The notes beneath the pieces are model-generated. The model saw only the letters and a list, made by a program, of their open reading frames with translations, made no database searches and was not told where the DNA came from. Positions 20,812 to 31,172 of a stretch of DNA of 64,000 bases are shown one piece after another. The stretch covers positions 117,759-181,758 of the forward strand of contig CAWFFH010000001.1 of the NCBI GenBank assembly GCA_963815095.1, read 5' to 3'. The stretch comes from Candidatus Bathyarchaeota archaeon. GTDB taxonomy: Archaea > Thermoproteota > Bathyarchaeia > Bathyarchaeales > Bathycorpusculaceae. The position numbers were made by a program, and so were the translations under genes. The stretch's first letter is position 1; the number at the start of each line of letters is the position of its first letter.

Positions 20812-21249
20812 CTATGCGAAGCTAACACATTTTTTGGATTGATTGCTTGTTGCAAAGGTCCAGAAGTGTGCTGTGCATTTGATGATTTTTAGTAAGATCA
20901 GCCCTGGGTTTTCTGGTGTTAGTCCTGCTTGCTTTAAAAAGGGTCGGGCGTCAAGCAGCTTCTTTTTCATTTCTAAATCATTAATGAATTCAACTGTTCC
21001 GGTTACTCTCATTTGCTGTATTTCTTTGCTCTTAGAGTTAAAGAAGCAGGCTTCAACTTTAGGGTTAGTTTTTAACTGCTTAATGACGTCTTTGTTGGCG
21101 GCAGAGCTGTAGTATAGACCCGTTTTGTCAGCGTACCAAAGTTGAAATCCTCTTACACGTGCTTGGTTACCTTCAAGTGTAGCTAAGAAGCTAATTGGAT
21201 TTTCATTTGCAAATTTGATATACTCTTCAGATGCGGATGGTTGGCTCAT
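20812..21249 (-). CDS. Pyridoxamine 5'-phosphate oxidase-like FMN-binding protein
   Basis: FLATLEGNQARVR, KQLKTNPKVEACF and QMRVTG. Confidence 0.88.
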   Translation of the reverse strand: MSQPSASEEYIKFANENPISFLATLEGNQARVRGFQLWYADKTGLYYSSAANKDVIKQLKTNPKVEACFFNSKSKEIQQMRVTGTVEFINDLEMKKKLLDARPFLKQAGLTPENPGLILLKIIKCTAHFWTFATSNQSKKCVSFA

Positions 21250-21977
21250 TTTATGTTCACAATAAATACTATGGGAAAGTGGTATTTGTTGATTGTGAAA
21301 GTTGAAGGGTGGTCACAGTCACAGCTGCAATTTAGTCCAATTTATGGGATGACTGAAGAGGAGAAATAATGTGAATTAAAGTAAGTGGATAAGGAAAGAC
21401 ACTAATCTAACTCTAAGCTTATTATACATGAGTAATTCTTGTGAGTAATCGTAGATTTTTTGATTCACCAAATTGTGGGGGCTGCATCTATAAAGGAGGT
21501 AGTTACTGCTGGGGACAATGCTCTCTTAATATCTGGAAAAGGGAAAGAGACTATTAGGTCTAGGCGTTAAAGTTAAGTCGATGGCGTTCTAACAGTAAAT
21601 TCAGAGAGAGGACGCATCAACTATTCATTTTGGTATGTTATTTTTTGGGTTTCTCTTCATTTGAAATTGGCAAAAATGTCTCAATTCTTTTATTAGGGGT
21701 TCGATTTTTCTTTTGAGCCTCTTTGATTCTATATTTGGAATCTGTTGAATGTGTTATGCTATTTGTTTTAGATTTTTTTGATGTCATTTCTTTTCTACCT
21801 CTAAAAATTTTTGATTCGAAGAATTCGATTTTTTATCAGGCTTGGAAACATTGTTCCCTTAATCCTCATATGAGTGGTAGCGTATAAGCAGTTTTCGGTT
21901 TCGTATATTTCGCAGAGCGATTGGTGATGGATTAAATTTAATCCAAACCAAAAACTCACTTTTCTTATCGTAAAGTT

Positions 21978-22271
21978 TTATCCGAATTTCGCTAGCACTT
22001 GCCTTCCGAAGTCGGTTATTTCGACGGCTTCGAATTCGTAGGGGCCATGTCTTTTTGCCGGCTCGGGATTGTCGATGAGTTTTGCTTTTGTCAGGTGTCG
22101 TACTGCGTCGTTTAGGGCCTCAGGCATTAAACCTGTTTTTTTGTGTAAGAGGTCTACCGTTACCAAAAGACCTTTCTCAAATTGGGAAAGAATTACAAGA
22201 ACTCTTTTGGCTGACGGGTCAATCATGTCGAAATCGTCTTGTTCAAAATCTTCAACCATTAAAAACACCAA
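21978..22271 (-). CDS. Small winged-helix-like protein
   Basis: LHKKTGL...LNDAVRHL...ITDFGRQ pattern. Confidence 0.6.
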   Translation of the reverse strand: MVFLMVEDFEQDDFDMIDPSAKRVLVILSQFEKGLLVTVDLLHKKTGLMPEALNDAVRHLTKAKLIDNPEPAKRHGPYEFEAVEITDFGRQVLAKFG

Positions 22272-22547
22272 TCTAAACTAGGGCAGTCTTACATAAAAAC
22301 CATTTGAAAAAGCATTATGGAAAATAGCCCTCAAAAATTGAAAAGAGATGTGTGTTTGGTAGCGACTTTATTTGGTATGTGGGATTAAATTTAGTTAAAG
22401 AAAGGGTTTGAGGGAGACGTAAATCGTATATGCCTTCTTCGAGTGACGTTATGCACATCAAGACAAAAAGAATTATGTGTTAAAGTTTCTATTGCCTATC
22501 GATTGGGTCCTCAAGATTAAGCAGGTGTATTGGGAAGGTTTAAAAAC

Positions 22548-22561
22548 ATGACATATGTCAT
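22548..22561. promoter_or_regulatory. Perfect 14-bp palindrome ATGACATATGTCAT, candidate operator
   Basis: Lies directly downstream of the TATA-like TTTAAAAA and 24 nt upstream of ATG 22586. Confidence 0.45.
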
Positions 22562-22585
22562 ATATATTGTTGAAGAAGAGCGCCC

Positions 22586-23392
22586 ATGAAAAAGAAATAC
22601 TTCGTACTTGCCCTTATTGCAACTATATTTGGAATATTATTGGTAACTCCAATTGGATCAGCTGTCGTAGCGGATAATGTGCCAGACTTGGAAATTACCA
22701 CTTTATCAGGCGCTAGTCATGTTTTTACTTCTTCTCAACTTTTGGCTATGCCTAAAACCATAGTGAACGCTGAACTATATTGCGATGGTGCTCTTGTGAC
22801 TTATGGCAATTGGGGCGGAGTTCTTGTTAGTTATCTTCTTATTCAAGCAGGTGCGAATGCTTCTGAAGTTGGTTCAATTCGATTTGCAGCTTCAGATGGA
22901 TACCAAGTTACAATACCCATCAAGTTAGCAATGGATCCCGAAATAATTGTTGCATATGAAATGGACGGGCAATCACTCGTGGAAGGGCTCCGATTGATTA
23001 TTCCGGGTGCTAACGGCGCTTCTTGGATTGCAGAAATTGTTTCCATAACGGTAAGTACTTCAGGAGCTGATTACCCTTCAGCCCAAAGCGTTTCACCCAT
23101 AGGCGCTGTTAAAGCAAATAATTCGGCGCCAACACAAAGTCCTACTGCCCAGCCTTCACTCACCCAGCAACAGGCATCTGTTCAACCTCAACCATCAACG
23201 CCAGAAAACTCTCCCGGTGTCCAAGCGGTAACTCCAACAAATGTGACTCAACCCAATCAGCTAGCAGCAAATCTTCCAGCATCAAATGGAAGTTTAAACT
23301 TGCAAACTATTCTATTCGTGATAGGGATTATTTGCGCAATCTCTCTTTCAGCAGCATATCTGTCCTTTAGGCATAAAAGAAAACAACTTTAG
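22586..23392 (+). CDS. Secreted/anchored molybdopterin-binding oxidoreductase domain protein
   Basis: Signal peptide, LYCDG, WGGV, FAASDGY, IVAYEMDG, LRLIIPG, P/Q/T linker and C-terminal TM. Confidence 0.8.
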   Translation: MKKKYFVLALIATIFGILLVTPIGSAVVADNVPDLEITTLSGASHVFTSSQLLAMPKTIVNAELYCDGALVTYGNWGGVLVSYLLIQAGANASEVGSIRFAASDGYQVTIPIKLAMDPEIIVAYEMDGQSLVEGLRLIIPGANGASWIAEIVSITVSTSGADYPSAQSVSPIGAVKANNSAPTQSPTAQPSLTQQQASVQPQPSTPENSPGVQAVTPTNVTQPNQLAANLPASNGSLNLQTILFVIGIICAISLSAAYLSFRHKRKQL

Positions 23393-23409
23393 CCAATGGT
23401 CTAATAGGC

Positions 23410-24162
23410 TTACATGAAGTATTCGCATTCTTCAAATCTGCAGCTTTGGCATTTTTTTGAATTATTATGGTGTTGTGGCTCAAGTTTCCCCAAAGCTAAC
23501 AAGGCAAATCTTTGGAGTTTTTGGTTGAGGAAGTCTTCGGCTTCTTTGGTTTGGTAGCCTTGAAAGATCTTGATACTCTCCAAAGTCGCCTTATCTTTTA
23601 TGTTAATTATCCATGCCTTCTTCTCGCAAGAAATATCAAAACATTCTTTTTCCTCTAAAGATCCTGTCTCACTAAAGTTTGAATTCAAATAGAGTAGAGT
23701 TTGGAGTTTCTGGTTATCAAATGGCTCAAATTGGTTGTGGATTTTATTTTTTGAGGCTGGAAATTTGGAGTCTTCTACGATAAGTGTGCGGTTGTTGCGC
23801 ATGACCTTGTCTGCTCGACCATAGAGTAAGAGTGAAACCCTCTCATCCCCAAACAAAAGTTCTCGTAGAAAACGTGTAAAGAGGCCTTCGCGGGCAAACT
23901 CGATGTCCTTGTTTAAATCTCCAAGTGCTTCGGGGGTGACGGGTTCAAATTTGAAGTGTTCTTTTTCGTAAATTTCTTCTTTTTCATGTGATTTGATGCC
24001 GTCGATTGTGATTTGTGTTTCAGGCGGTTTAATTCCTTTCAAATAGTGTTTTATGCGTATTTCGCAGTAGCCCATGCAGGCGCAGAAATCAGAAACCGAT
24101 GATTTCACCACAACATTGCCATCGAGCGCCTGCTTTATTTCTATCATAACCCAACGATTCAC
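23410..24162 (-). CDS. Solo Cas4-like PD-(D/E)XK nuclease with Fe-S staple cysteines
   Basis: N-terminal S.SDF...YCE, G...H, GRADKV...IVEDSK, QTLLY (QxxxY) and C-terminal CQSCRFEEC. Confidence 0.72.
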   Translation of the reverse strand: MNRWVMIEIKQALDGNVVVKSSVSDFCACMGYCEIRIKHYLKGIKPPETQITIDGIKSHEKEEIYEKEHFKFEPVTPEALGDLNKDIEFAREGLFTRFLRELLFGDERVSLLLYGRADKVMRNNRTLIVEDSKFPASKNKIHNQFEPFDNQKLQTLLYLNSNFSETGSLEEKECFDISCEKKAWIINIKDKATLESIKIFQGYQTKEAEDFLNQKLQRFALLALGKLEPQHHNNSKKCQSCRFEECEYFM

Positions 24163-24386
24163 CTAGAGGTTTAAAGCCATTAAGTCTGATTCAAAATAGT
24201 CTTCTGGAAAGAAGTAATCGATTGACTGAAAGAAGAAGGAAAAGCGAAATTTTTCAAGTTTCTTCTTCTTTCAATGTTTAGCATGAATTAACAAAGAACA
24301 AAAGATGGCGATGGGGTGTTGTGTTCTGGTTTTGATTTTTTCTCCATAAGGTATATATTGTATCTTAATATTCTTGCAATTAACTG

Positions 24387-25022
24387 GTGTCCAAATTGGA
24401 AAGCAATCAACAAGTTGCAAAAAAATCCATTTTTAACAAAAAACTAATCGCAATAATTGTAATAGCTGTTGTAGCAGTTGCTGCAGTCGCCTCTGCTGCG
24501 GCACTCTTAACCGCAAGCAATCCATCACCCAACGACCAAAATAACGATCAGAATGGATCAACAAATGATCAGACCACTCCGCAATCTTGGATCAAAAAAG
24601 GCGCCTGTGCAACCTACTCAGGTCAAGCCGAAATTCTATCCATGAGCATCACTTTCAGTGCAAGAATGGAAATAGTTGATGTAAACCAAACACATATTCA
24701 ACTATCAACCGACTACAACATGTCCACACCTTTCGGTTCAACAGACAATTCAACCACAACTTGGATGAGCAGAGAAGACATGAATTTCCAGCCAGAAGAC
24801 CTACCCTTAAGCAACACCTATACCACCCAAATAACCCTGCCGAACCTTGGAACCAGAACCTGCACAGTTTATGAATATAGCAGCGAAGGAATTAGCGCAG
24901 CATACTACGTTGATAATAGCGTCCAATGGCCAATCAAAATGGTAATGACCTCTCCTACAGTTGAAGGTTAATCTTACAACATGGACATTAGCCTGGTAGA
25001 TACAAACATACCAGGCCTCTAA
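24387..25022 (+). CDS. Membrane-anchored secreted protein with an in-frame TAA at 24969
   Basis: N-terminal TM and WIKKGACATY. The frame continues past the TAA as SYNMDISLVDTNIPGL to 25022. Confidence 0.65.
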
Positions 25023-25268
25023 TAATTTCCGGCTTTATTTTTTTGTTTTCCCTGCTTTGTTATAGGGAATCTTTTTTTTCTTTCTGTGAATTGAGTTTAT
25101 TTTGAAAGATGACACTGTTGTGCGAATTGGTTTGCATCATCATTATCTTTAAGAGCTCGAGGCGAAGGTTGGGCTTGAACGGTTTCTCTTGATAATCTAA
25201 GTTCTGAGGTCCGTCTTTTTCATACCATTTTTTGTTAAACTTGAGACAGTTATCCATCGTTGATAATC

Positions 25269-26000
25269 CTATTTCCACTTCGTTAGTATCTCTTCTCGTT
25301 TGAAAGTAGATTTGCTCAAGAAGAATAGAACAACATCGGCTATCAGTACAATGCCTGATAAAATTAGGAGGTTAATTATGCTGAAAGTAATAATTCCTTC
25401 GGCTCCTGCAAAGAGTACAGCGACAAATGGAATAAACATCAGGCCTGCGATTTGGTTTGCACCGCGAACGTCGCTTACTCGTGATGAAGCAATTACTGCT
25501 ACTTCAATACTGAGAATTGCTGCCAAAGGCGCTAGGAGCAACAGCATAACACCCGCGTTCCAGTTGGGAAAATAATAGTATCCTAACCCCCCATTGTACA
25601 ATATATAATCCGTTGTTGCCATAAAGATTGATGCTCCTGCCCATACAGATAGAATAGGCGGTATGAATGAAGCGATGCTTTTTCCAAGAAGAATCTCGCT
25701 ATCAGTCGTTGGAGTTGCAAGCAACGGTTCCAATGTCTTTTCAATTTTTTCACCCACTATACTGTACGCTGCTATCGTGCTGGGAAGAACTGTTGCTAAA
25801 ATGACAAAGATGTAAATGATTGTCTGGGCGCCTATTGATAGCGTCGTGGGGATTCCAGAGGCAATTTGGTCCCTAATAACGATTGAGAAAACAATCGAAA
25901 TGAGAAGGGGAAGCCCAACAGTATAGGAAATTATGCTTTTCTTTCGGCTGATTACCTTAAGCTCCTTGCGGGCTATTTTCCATGGCATCCAAGTAGTCAT
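25269..26000 (-). CDS. ABC-2 type transporter permease
   Basis: IARKELK, AAYSIVGEK..KTLEPLLATP..EILLGK; about 6 TM. Confidence 0.9.
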   Translation of the reverse strand: MTTWMPWKIARKELKVISRKKSIISYTVGLPLLISIVFSIVIRDQIASGIPTTLSIGAQTIIYIFVILATVLPSTIAAYSIVGEKIEKTLEPLLATPTTDSEILLGKSIASFIPPILSVWAGASIFMATTDYILYNGGLGYYYFPNWNAGVMLLLLAPLAAILSIEVAVIASSRVSDVRGANQIAGLMFIPFVAVLFAGAEGIITFSIINLLILSGIVLIADVVLFFLSKSTFKREEILTKWK

Positions 26001-26920
26001 TGTACGTTTTCCCTCAATAGTTTCAGGTAAGCGTCCTCTAGCGAGCTGCTGGTCACCATAACTGTCTCTATGCGTCCTCCCGCCGAGACAATTGCATTAA
26101 CCATGTCAGAATTCTCCTCCTCAGGATTCACAACATCGAATGTTAACTTGTTGCCCTCCCTGACCATGTTCTTCACATCTATTCTTTTGAGCGAATCCAA
26201 GATTGCTTCGTTTACTTGTCTTAGTTGGATTACTGTTTTTCTTCCGTGGACAGAGCGTTCGAGTTCTTGAGGGGTGCCCACTGCCATGAGCTTAGTGTTT
26301 AAGATGCCAATTCTGTCGCAGACCCGTTGGGCCTCATAGAGGTTGTGAGTGTTTAGAAAAATAGTCTTCTTCTGTTTCTTCAGTTCTAAGATGAATTCTC
26401 TTACAGTCTTTGCGGATTCAGGGTCTAGATTTGCTGTCGGCTCGTCCATGAAAATTATTTCGGGGTCGTGAATCAAGGCTCGCGCTATGGCGAGCTTTTG
26501 TTTCATACCCTTCGAGAATGCCCCTGCCAGAACGTCTCTTTTTTCCCATAGTCCAAGTAACTTGAGAAAGTATTCGTTGCTCTCTTTTCGTTGGGCGTCA
26601 GTCCGCCTGTACAGCGTTCCGTAATAGTCCAGGTTCTCATAGGCGGTGAGTGATTCGTAGAGGCCCACATTGTCGGGAACGAGCCCAATTATTTTTCTGA
26701 TCTTTAAAGCATTTTGTGGTTGACCAATCTCGTAACCGTCAACTCTGGCATAGCCGCTTGTCTTGGAAATTAGGCAACAAAGCATCCTTACTGTTGTAGT
26801 TTTGCCGGCTCCGTTGGGTCCGAGAAAGCCAAAGATTTCGCCCTGATTTACTTTGAAAGTTACGTCTTCAACCGCTGTCAGTTCACCGAACTTCCTTGTA
26901 AGGTTCTTTGTTTCAATCAT
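25997..26920 (-). CDS. ABC transporter ATP-binding protein
   Basis: GPNGAGKT, FSKGMKQ, MDEPT and NTH. Confidence 0.95.
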   Translation of the reverse strand: MIETKNLTRKFGELTAVEDVTFKVNQGEIFGFLGPNGAGKTTTVRMLCCLISKTSGYARVDGYEIGQPQNALKIRKIIGLVPDNVGLYESLTAYENLDYYGTLYRRTDAQRKESNEYFLKLLGLWEKRDVLAGAFSKGMKQKLAIARALIHDPEIIFMDEPTANLDPESAKTVREFILELKKQKKTIFLNTHNLYEAQRVCDRIGILNTKLMAVGTPQELERSVHGRKTVIQLRQVNEAILDSLKRIDVKNMVREGNKLTFDVVNPEEENSDMVNAIVSAGGRIETVMVTSSSLEDAYLKLLRENVQ

Positions 26921-26997
26921 TTGATGTCACCGAGGTTCTGCGTTTTGGTGTGGTTGGGCGGTTGGTTAAACTTTGGTTCAATTCGATGCCAAACAGG

Positions 26998-27672
26998 TTA
27001 GTTTATCTCCTGTGTCTTTTTTGCTCTCCACCATAGAATGCCAATTACCACTCCCACTGTGCTTATTACCAAAATAATTAGTAACCCTTCTAGGTTTATG
27101 AGGAGAAAACCAGTATTGTTCTGATTTCCCCACATATTTGTCTTAATTGCAGTTACGTTAATGGAATAACTGTCGAATACATCGATGCATTGGACAAAAA
27201 CGCCTGTTAATTTATCCCAATGTTTAATTCTTTGGGGAGTTGTAGCGTTTGTTATCGACCGTGTATCTCCTGCCCATGTTAGTTTTTGTTCACCTTGAAT
27301 TGTTACCTGTTGACCATTTGAATCAAGGAAAGAATCGCCTGTTTCAAGGTTTGCTGGAATAATAAACCAGGCTCCAACTTCGCCTTTTTCTAAGTTCAAA
27401 GTCATCGTTAGACTTGAGAGAGTTCCGTTAGAAGCTTTTGTGGTGATATTGGTTTTTATTATTGCGCCCTCGACGTTTATGATCTGCATTCTTGCCCATG
27501 TTACATTAAATTGTTCTGGAGGGTTTCCCGTAGTTGTTACGGTATATTCTATCCAATCGCCTTTGTTCACGCCGATGGAAATTTCTCCCTCTACGAGGCT
27601 TGCAGTTGGAAGGCTAACTAAGATTGCGATTAAGAAACTAAGAAAGTATCTATTTTTGAATATTCTTTTCAT
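26998..27672 (-). CDS. Secreted protein with C-terminal TM anchor (paralog 1)
   Basis: Signal peptide, GVNKGDWIEY, IIPANL..GD, WDKLTG, C-terminal TM. Confidence 0.8.
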   Translation of the reverse strand: MKRIFKNRYFLSFLIAILVSLPTASLVEGEISIGVNKGDWIEYTVTTTGNPPEQFNVTWARMQIINVEGAIIKTNITTKASNGTLSSLTMTLNLEKGEVGAWFIIPANLETGDSFLDSNGQQVTIQGEQKLTWAGDTRSITNATTPQRIKHWDKLTGVFVQCIDVFDSYSINVTAIKTNMWGNQNNTGFLLINLEGLLIILVISTVGVVIGILWWRAKKTQEIN

Positions 27673-27732
27673 TCCTTCCAGGGTATTTGGTTGTGTCTTG
27701 AAGGGGAATTGAGAGAGCTTTTTGGTGGTTAG

Positions 27733-28392
27733 TCATTTTCGTTTTTTTCGGAAAACAACTACAATTAAAATAGTCACCACGATTACCGTAAGTATCACTA
27801 TGATAAGTGCATAAAATACGGTTTGGTTCAATCCTGTAATTTGAGGTGTCCACATGTTCGTAGAAGTTGCAAGAGCATTGATAGTGTAGTTTTCTAAATT
27901 ATCTACTGTTTCAGTATACATGCCTGTTGCTTTGTCCCATTCTTTGTATTTTCCGGGGTCGCTTGAATGAGTGATTGTTCGGGTTGCTCCCGCTACTGTT
28001 TTTTGTGTTTCGCCTTGAATTGTTACGTCTCCGGGTATGGATGCGTCGTAGAATGTGTCACCTGGGCTAAGATTTGAGGGGATGATTATCCATGCTTGAA
28101 CTTGTCCTGCGGTGAAGTTAAAAGTCCTAACTGAACTTGACAATGTTCCATCAGAGCTTCTAACAGTTATGTTAACATGGAGCACTTCACCTTCAACGTC
28201 CAAAATCTCCATTCTAGCCCAAGTTACCTTATGTGCCTCTGGAGGATTACCTGTTGTGCTAACGGAATATTCCATCCAATCACCCTTTTTGACACCTATC
28301 AAAATGTTGCATTCAGATAGAGGTGTTAGCAAAATAGTAACAAGTACAACTGCAAGAACTGCGATTTTTTTAAACATAAAAATAGCACTCAA
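27733..28392 (-). CDS. Secreted protein with C-terminal TM anchor (paralog 2)
   Basis: GVKKGDWMEY, IIPSNL.PGD and WDKATG; clear tandem paralog of 26998..27672. Confidence 0.8.
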   Translation of the reverse strand: MSAIFMFKKIAVLAVVLVTILLTPLSECNILIGVKKGDWMEYSVSTTGNPPEAHKVTWARMEILDVEGEVLHVNITVRSSDGTLSSSVRTFNFTAGQVQAWIIIPSNLSPGDTFYDASIPGDVTIQGETQKTVAGATRTITHSSDPGKYKEWDKATGMYTETVDNLENYTINALATSTNMWTPQITGLNQTVFYALIIVILTVIVVTILIVVVFRKKRK

Positions 28393-28563
28393 ATAGAAGT
28401 TTCATTTTCAAACTAAAATAGATTTTGTTAGGTGACCTAATGCTATTTGTCTGTTTGGTTGAGAGGCGATCGAGTCGACGGTTCTCAAAGTTTGACTTTT
28501 AGATTTTTTTTAAGAAAAAAAAGAAATTTGTTGGGAGTGTTATGATGCGCTTGGCTATCTTTT

Positions 28564-28737
28564 TTAGAGTTTTTCTGGGGCGCAGAGATTTTCTCCTTTA
28601 GCAGCTGTTCGCATGCATCCTTTGCAGATGTATTTCGCATCTTTCACAAGTGGCTTAATCTGTTCTATAGATACTTTGTCCTCTACCATTTTGCAGAGGT
28701 GCTTTTCATGACCCGGATGAGGTTGAGCTTTTGACAA
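28564..28737 (-). CDS. Small Cys/His metal-binding protein (57 aa), not in ORF track
   Basis: GGTG SD, TTG start, MSKAQPHPGHEKHLCKMVEDKVSIEQIKPLVKDAKYICKGCMRTAAKGENLCAPEKL. Confidence 0.72.
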   Translation of the reverse strand: MSKAQPHPGHEKHLCKMVEDKVSIEQIKPLVKDAKYICKGCMRTAAKGENLCAPEKL

Positions 28738-28817
28738 AACTTACACCTAACTTATTGGTACGGTATAGTCACATATACTATTGTGATTGTGTTTAAGCAA
28801 CCACATCGAAAGAGGGG

Positions 28818-30485
28818 TTAGGAATGGTATTTTTTCTTAACAATGAGAACTGCCGCTGCAACAACAATTATGGCAGCTAAAACACCAATTATGATTACTT
28901 CTTGAGCGGACAATTGTGTTTCTTTTTGGGGTTGAGTTTCTTGCAAGTTTAAGGTTACTGCGTGGGTGCTCAGGTGGCTTGTAAAGTGGAGTTGCCAAGA
29001 ATACGCTGTTGAGCTGCTTGAGTAGCTTGTTTGGTTGCCGTCTATCAATAATTGTACGTCGTTTATGTCTGCAATTAAGGATTTTGCGATGGAAACTTCG
29101 ACGTAGCCTATGCCGCTTGGACCTGAAATCTGAAAGCTAAGCTCCTTGGGTTCCGTATTGAACGCTAGTTGGGATACTGTGACGTTGGATGAGACTGAAA
29201 AGGCATTTTCGATGTTGGCTTCGGTTGTTTGTGGGATTAGAACTGCCAAGTTGATTTGAGTGATGGCACTTGTATAGTTTGAGTCGCCTGCAAAGGTCGC
29301 TTTTATGGCATAGTTGCCGCTGGATATAGGTAGCCATTGTGCTGTGTAGCTTCCGTCTGAATTAGTGGTTGCGGTGGTTATGTTTTGCCAAGAGTTATCG
29401 TTGTTGGTGCTGTAGGTGATGGTGATTGTTTTTCCTTGTAGACTTGCTCTGTTGGTTGCCAGGTTTCCGCTGATTTGAACGCTAAAGACGTCGTTAGTGG
29501 CTGCAACTGCGCAGTATAGTGTTAGGGTTGATGCTGGTTGGGTTGTTGGAGTTGGAGTTATGGGTTTTGGGGTTGGGTTTGGTGAGTTTGTGCTGCTGGT
29601 TTGGGGTGTAGGTGTAGGAGTAGCTGCAAGAGGCACGGTTATGTTCTTGACGGTATCAGCGGAAAGGATGAGGTTGTTTTCGCTGTAGGTTGGCGATTGG
29701 CTTGTTGAATGTCGAACATACAATGTGTAGGTTCCAGCTGGAGCACTGACGTAATAATAGCCATAGTTATTTGAAGTGGTTCCTGAAGAAAAGGTGACTC
29801 CTGTGCTGTTTGTTAGCCACACTGCGGCGCTTGACATAACTGCGCCCGAGGGGTTAGATAGGTAGCCTGAAAGCTTGTAAGATGCGCTCATCGTAATGTT
29901 CTTGATCATATCTCCGCTTACAACAAAAGCTGCCTCACTATAGGAGATATAATTCGAGTCTTGAGGCGGCCACAAACCAAAGCTGTAAGTCCCTGCAGGA
30001 AGAATAATGCTGTAGTGCCCCGAATAGTCCGTGTTAGCAACTGGAACCGACCAAATTGAGTTGTAAACGTTTGTTGATACGCCACTAATTCCTCTTCCTA
30101 ATTGATCCAAAACATAACCTGAAACCGTAAAGCAAGCCACTAAGTTGATGTTTTTAATGATATTACCATTAACTGAAATGTTGACTTCTGAGTAACTCAT
30201 GCTTCCGGATCGTGCAACAATTCTATAAGTTCCGGAGGGAACCATCATGGAGTAGTATCCTGAAGTATTTGAGTAGACTCCCTGCCCATATGTAAAACCA
30301 GTACTGTTAATATTGTAGACTAAAGCACCCGAAACAGGATTTCCAGTTGGATCATAAACAAACCCTGAAACCGTGTATAATGTTGGATTAGATTGTGCAG
30401 AACTGTAACCGAGGTTTAAAGTGAAGGGTATTGCAGCAACTATTAGAGTTGCCAGAAAGATTGCTGAAATTTTGTTAATTTTCAA
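28818..30485 (-). CDS. Cell-surface protein with three carboxypeptidase-regulatory-like (Ig) repeats, P/T linker and C-terminal TM
   Basis: Repeated (V/L)SG.V.D..G...SG / SN..GYY...P.GTY. Start placed at TTG 30485, just before the signal peptide. Confidence 0.82.
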   Translation of the reverse strand: MKINKISAIFLATLIVAAIPFTLNLGYSSAQSNPTLYTVSGFVYDPTGNPVSGALVYNINSTGFTYGQGVYSNTSGYYSMMVPSGTYRIVARSGSMSYSEVNISVNGNIIKNINLVACFTVSGYVLDQLGRGISGVSTNVYNSIWSVPVANTDYSGHYSIILPAGTYSFGLWPPQDSNYISYSEAAFVVSGDMIKNITMSASYKLSGYLSNPSGAVMSSAAVWLTNSTGVTFSSGTTSNNYGYYYVSAPAGTYTLYVRHSTSQSPTYSENNLILSADTVKNITVPLAATPTPTPQTSSTNSPNPTPKPITPTPTTQPASTLTLYCAVAATNDVFSVQISGNLATNRASLQGKTITITYSTNNDNSWQNITTATTNSDGSYTAQWLPISSGNYAIKATFAGDSNYTSAITQINLAVLIPQTTEANIENAFSVSSNVTVSQLAFNTEPKELSFQISGPSGIGYVEVSIAKSLIADINDVQLLIDGNQTSYSSSSTAYSWQLHFTSHLSTHAVTLNLQETQPQKETQLSAQEVIIIGVLAAIIVVAAAVLIVKKKYHS

Positions 30486-30759
30486 GCGAATCCCTGTGTG
30501 TGTGGTTAGTTGCGGTTTAGTTATAAAGTTTGCTTTTTTGGTAGTTAAGAACCGAAATCTCTTAGAAACCGCGGAGAAAAAAAAATCGCTTGCTCCGCGC
30601 GCTCGAAACGAACAATACTTATTCATTCAATTTATCCACCTGGATTGTTGGTATACCTTAAATGATCTTATGTTATCTTGTGTTATGTCAAGTAACTGGC
30701 GGTCGGTTTCGATGGTTAAGAATAGATTGCTTGTGCTGCCTTGAAATGAGGAGAGTAAA

Positions 30760-31158
30760 ATGTCCAAAGAGGGAATTTACAAAGACTACGGCAAATTAAG
30801 CGTCGCCAAAAATAAGTCAAAAATCAAAACCCGAAGACCCCCAAAGAAACTAAACCAATGCGCCAAATGCGGCAGAGTAGGCGACGCTATGACCAAACAC
30901 TCCCTCACAGGCGAACATAAGCCACCTTTCATATGGCTCTGCAGGCAACCCTGCCACGACGAAGTGCACAAATTCGGCCTAAAACTGACAAAAGAACAAA
31001 AAGCAGCTCTAAAACGGCAGCCACCTTGCAGCATACAATTCCCCGCAGAAAACAATATCGCCAATCCCTATGCAAAACTGATTGAGCTTGGGTCGCTGGA
31101 GGGGGAAAAATTCAAGCAGTCTTTCAAACGAATAAATTCTGAAAAAGAAGAACCATAA
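30760..31158 (+). CDS. HNH-like zinc-finger protein
   Basis: CAKCG...TKH...LCRQPCHDEVH; GAGGAG SD. Confidence 0.62.
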   Translation: MSKEGIYKDYGKLSVAKNKSKIKTRRPPKKLNQCAKCGRVGDAMTKHSLTGEHKPPFIWLCRQPCHDEVHKFGLKLTKEQKAALKRQPPCSIQFPAENNIANPYAKLIELGSLEGEKFKQSFKRINSEKEEP

Positions 31159-31172
31159 AGAAAGGTTAAAAA

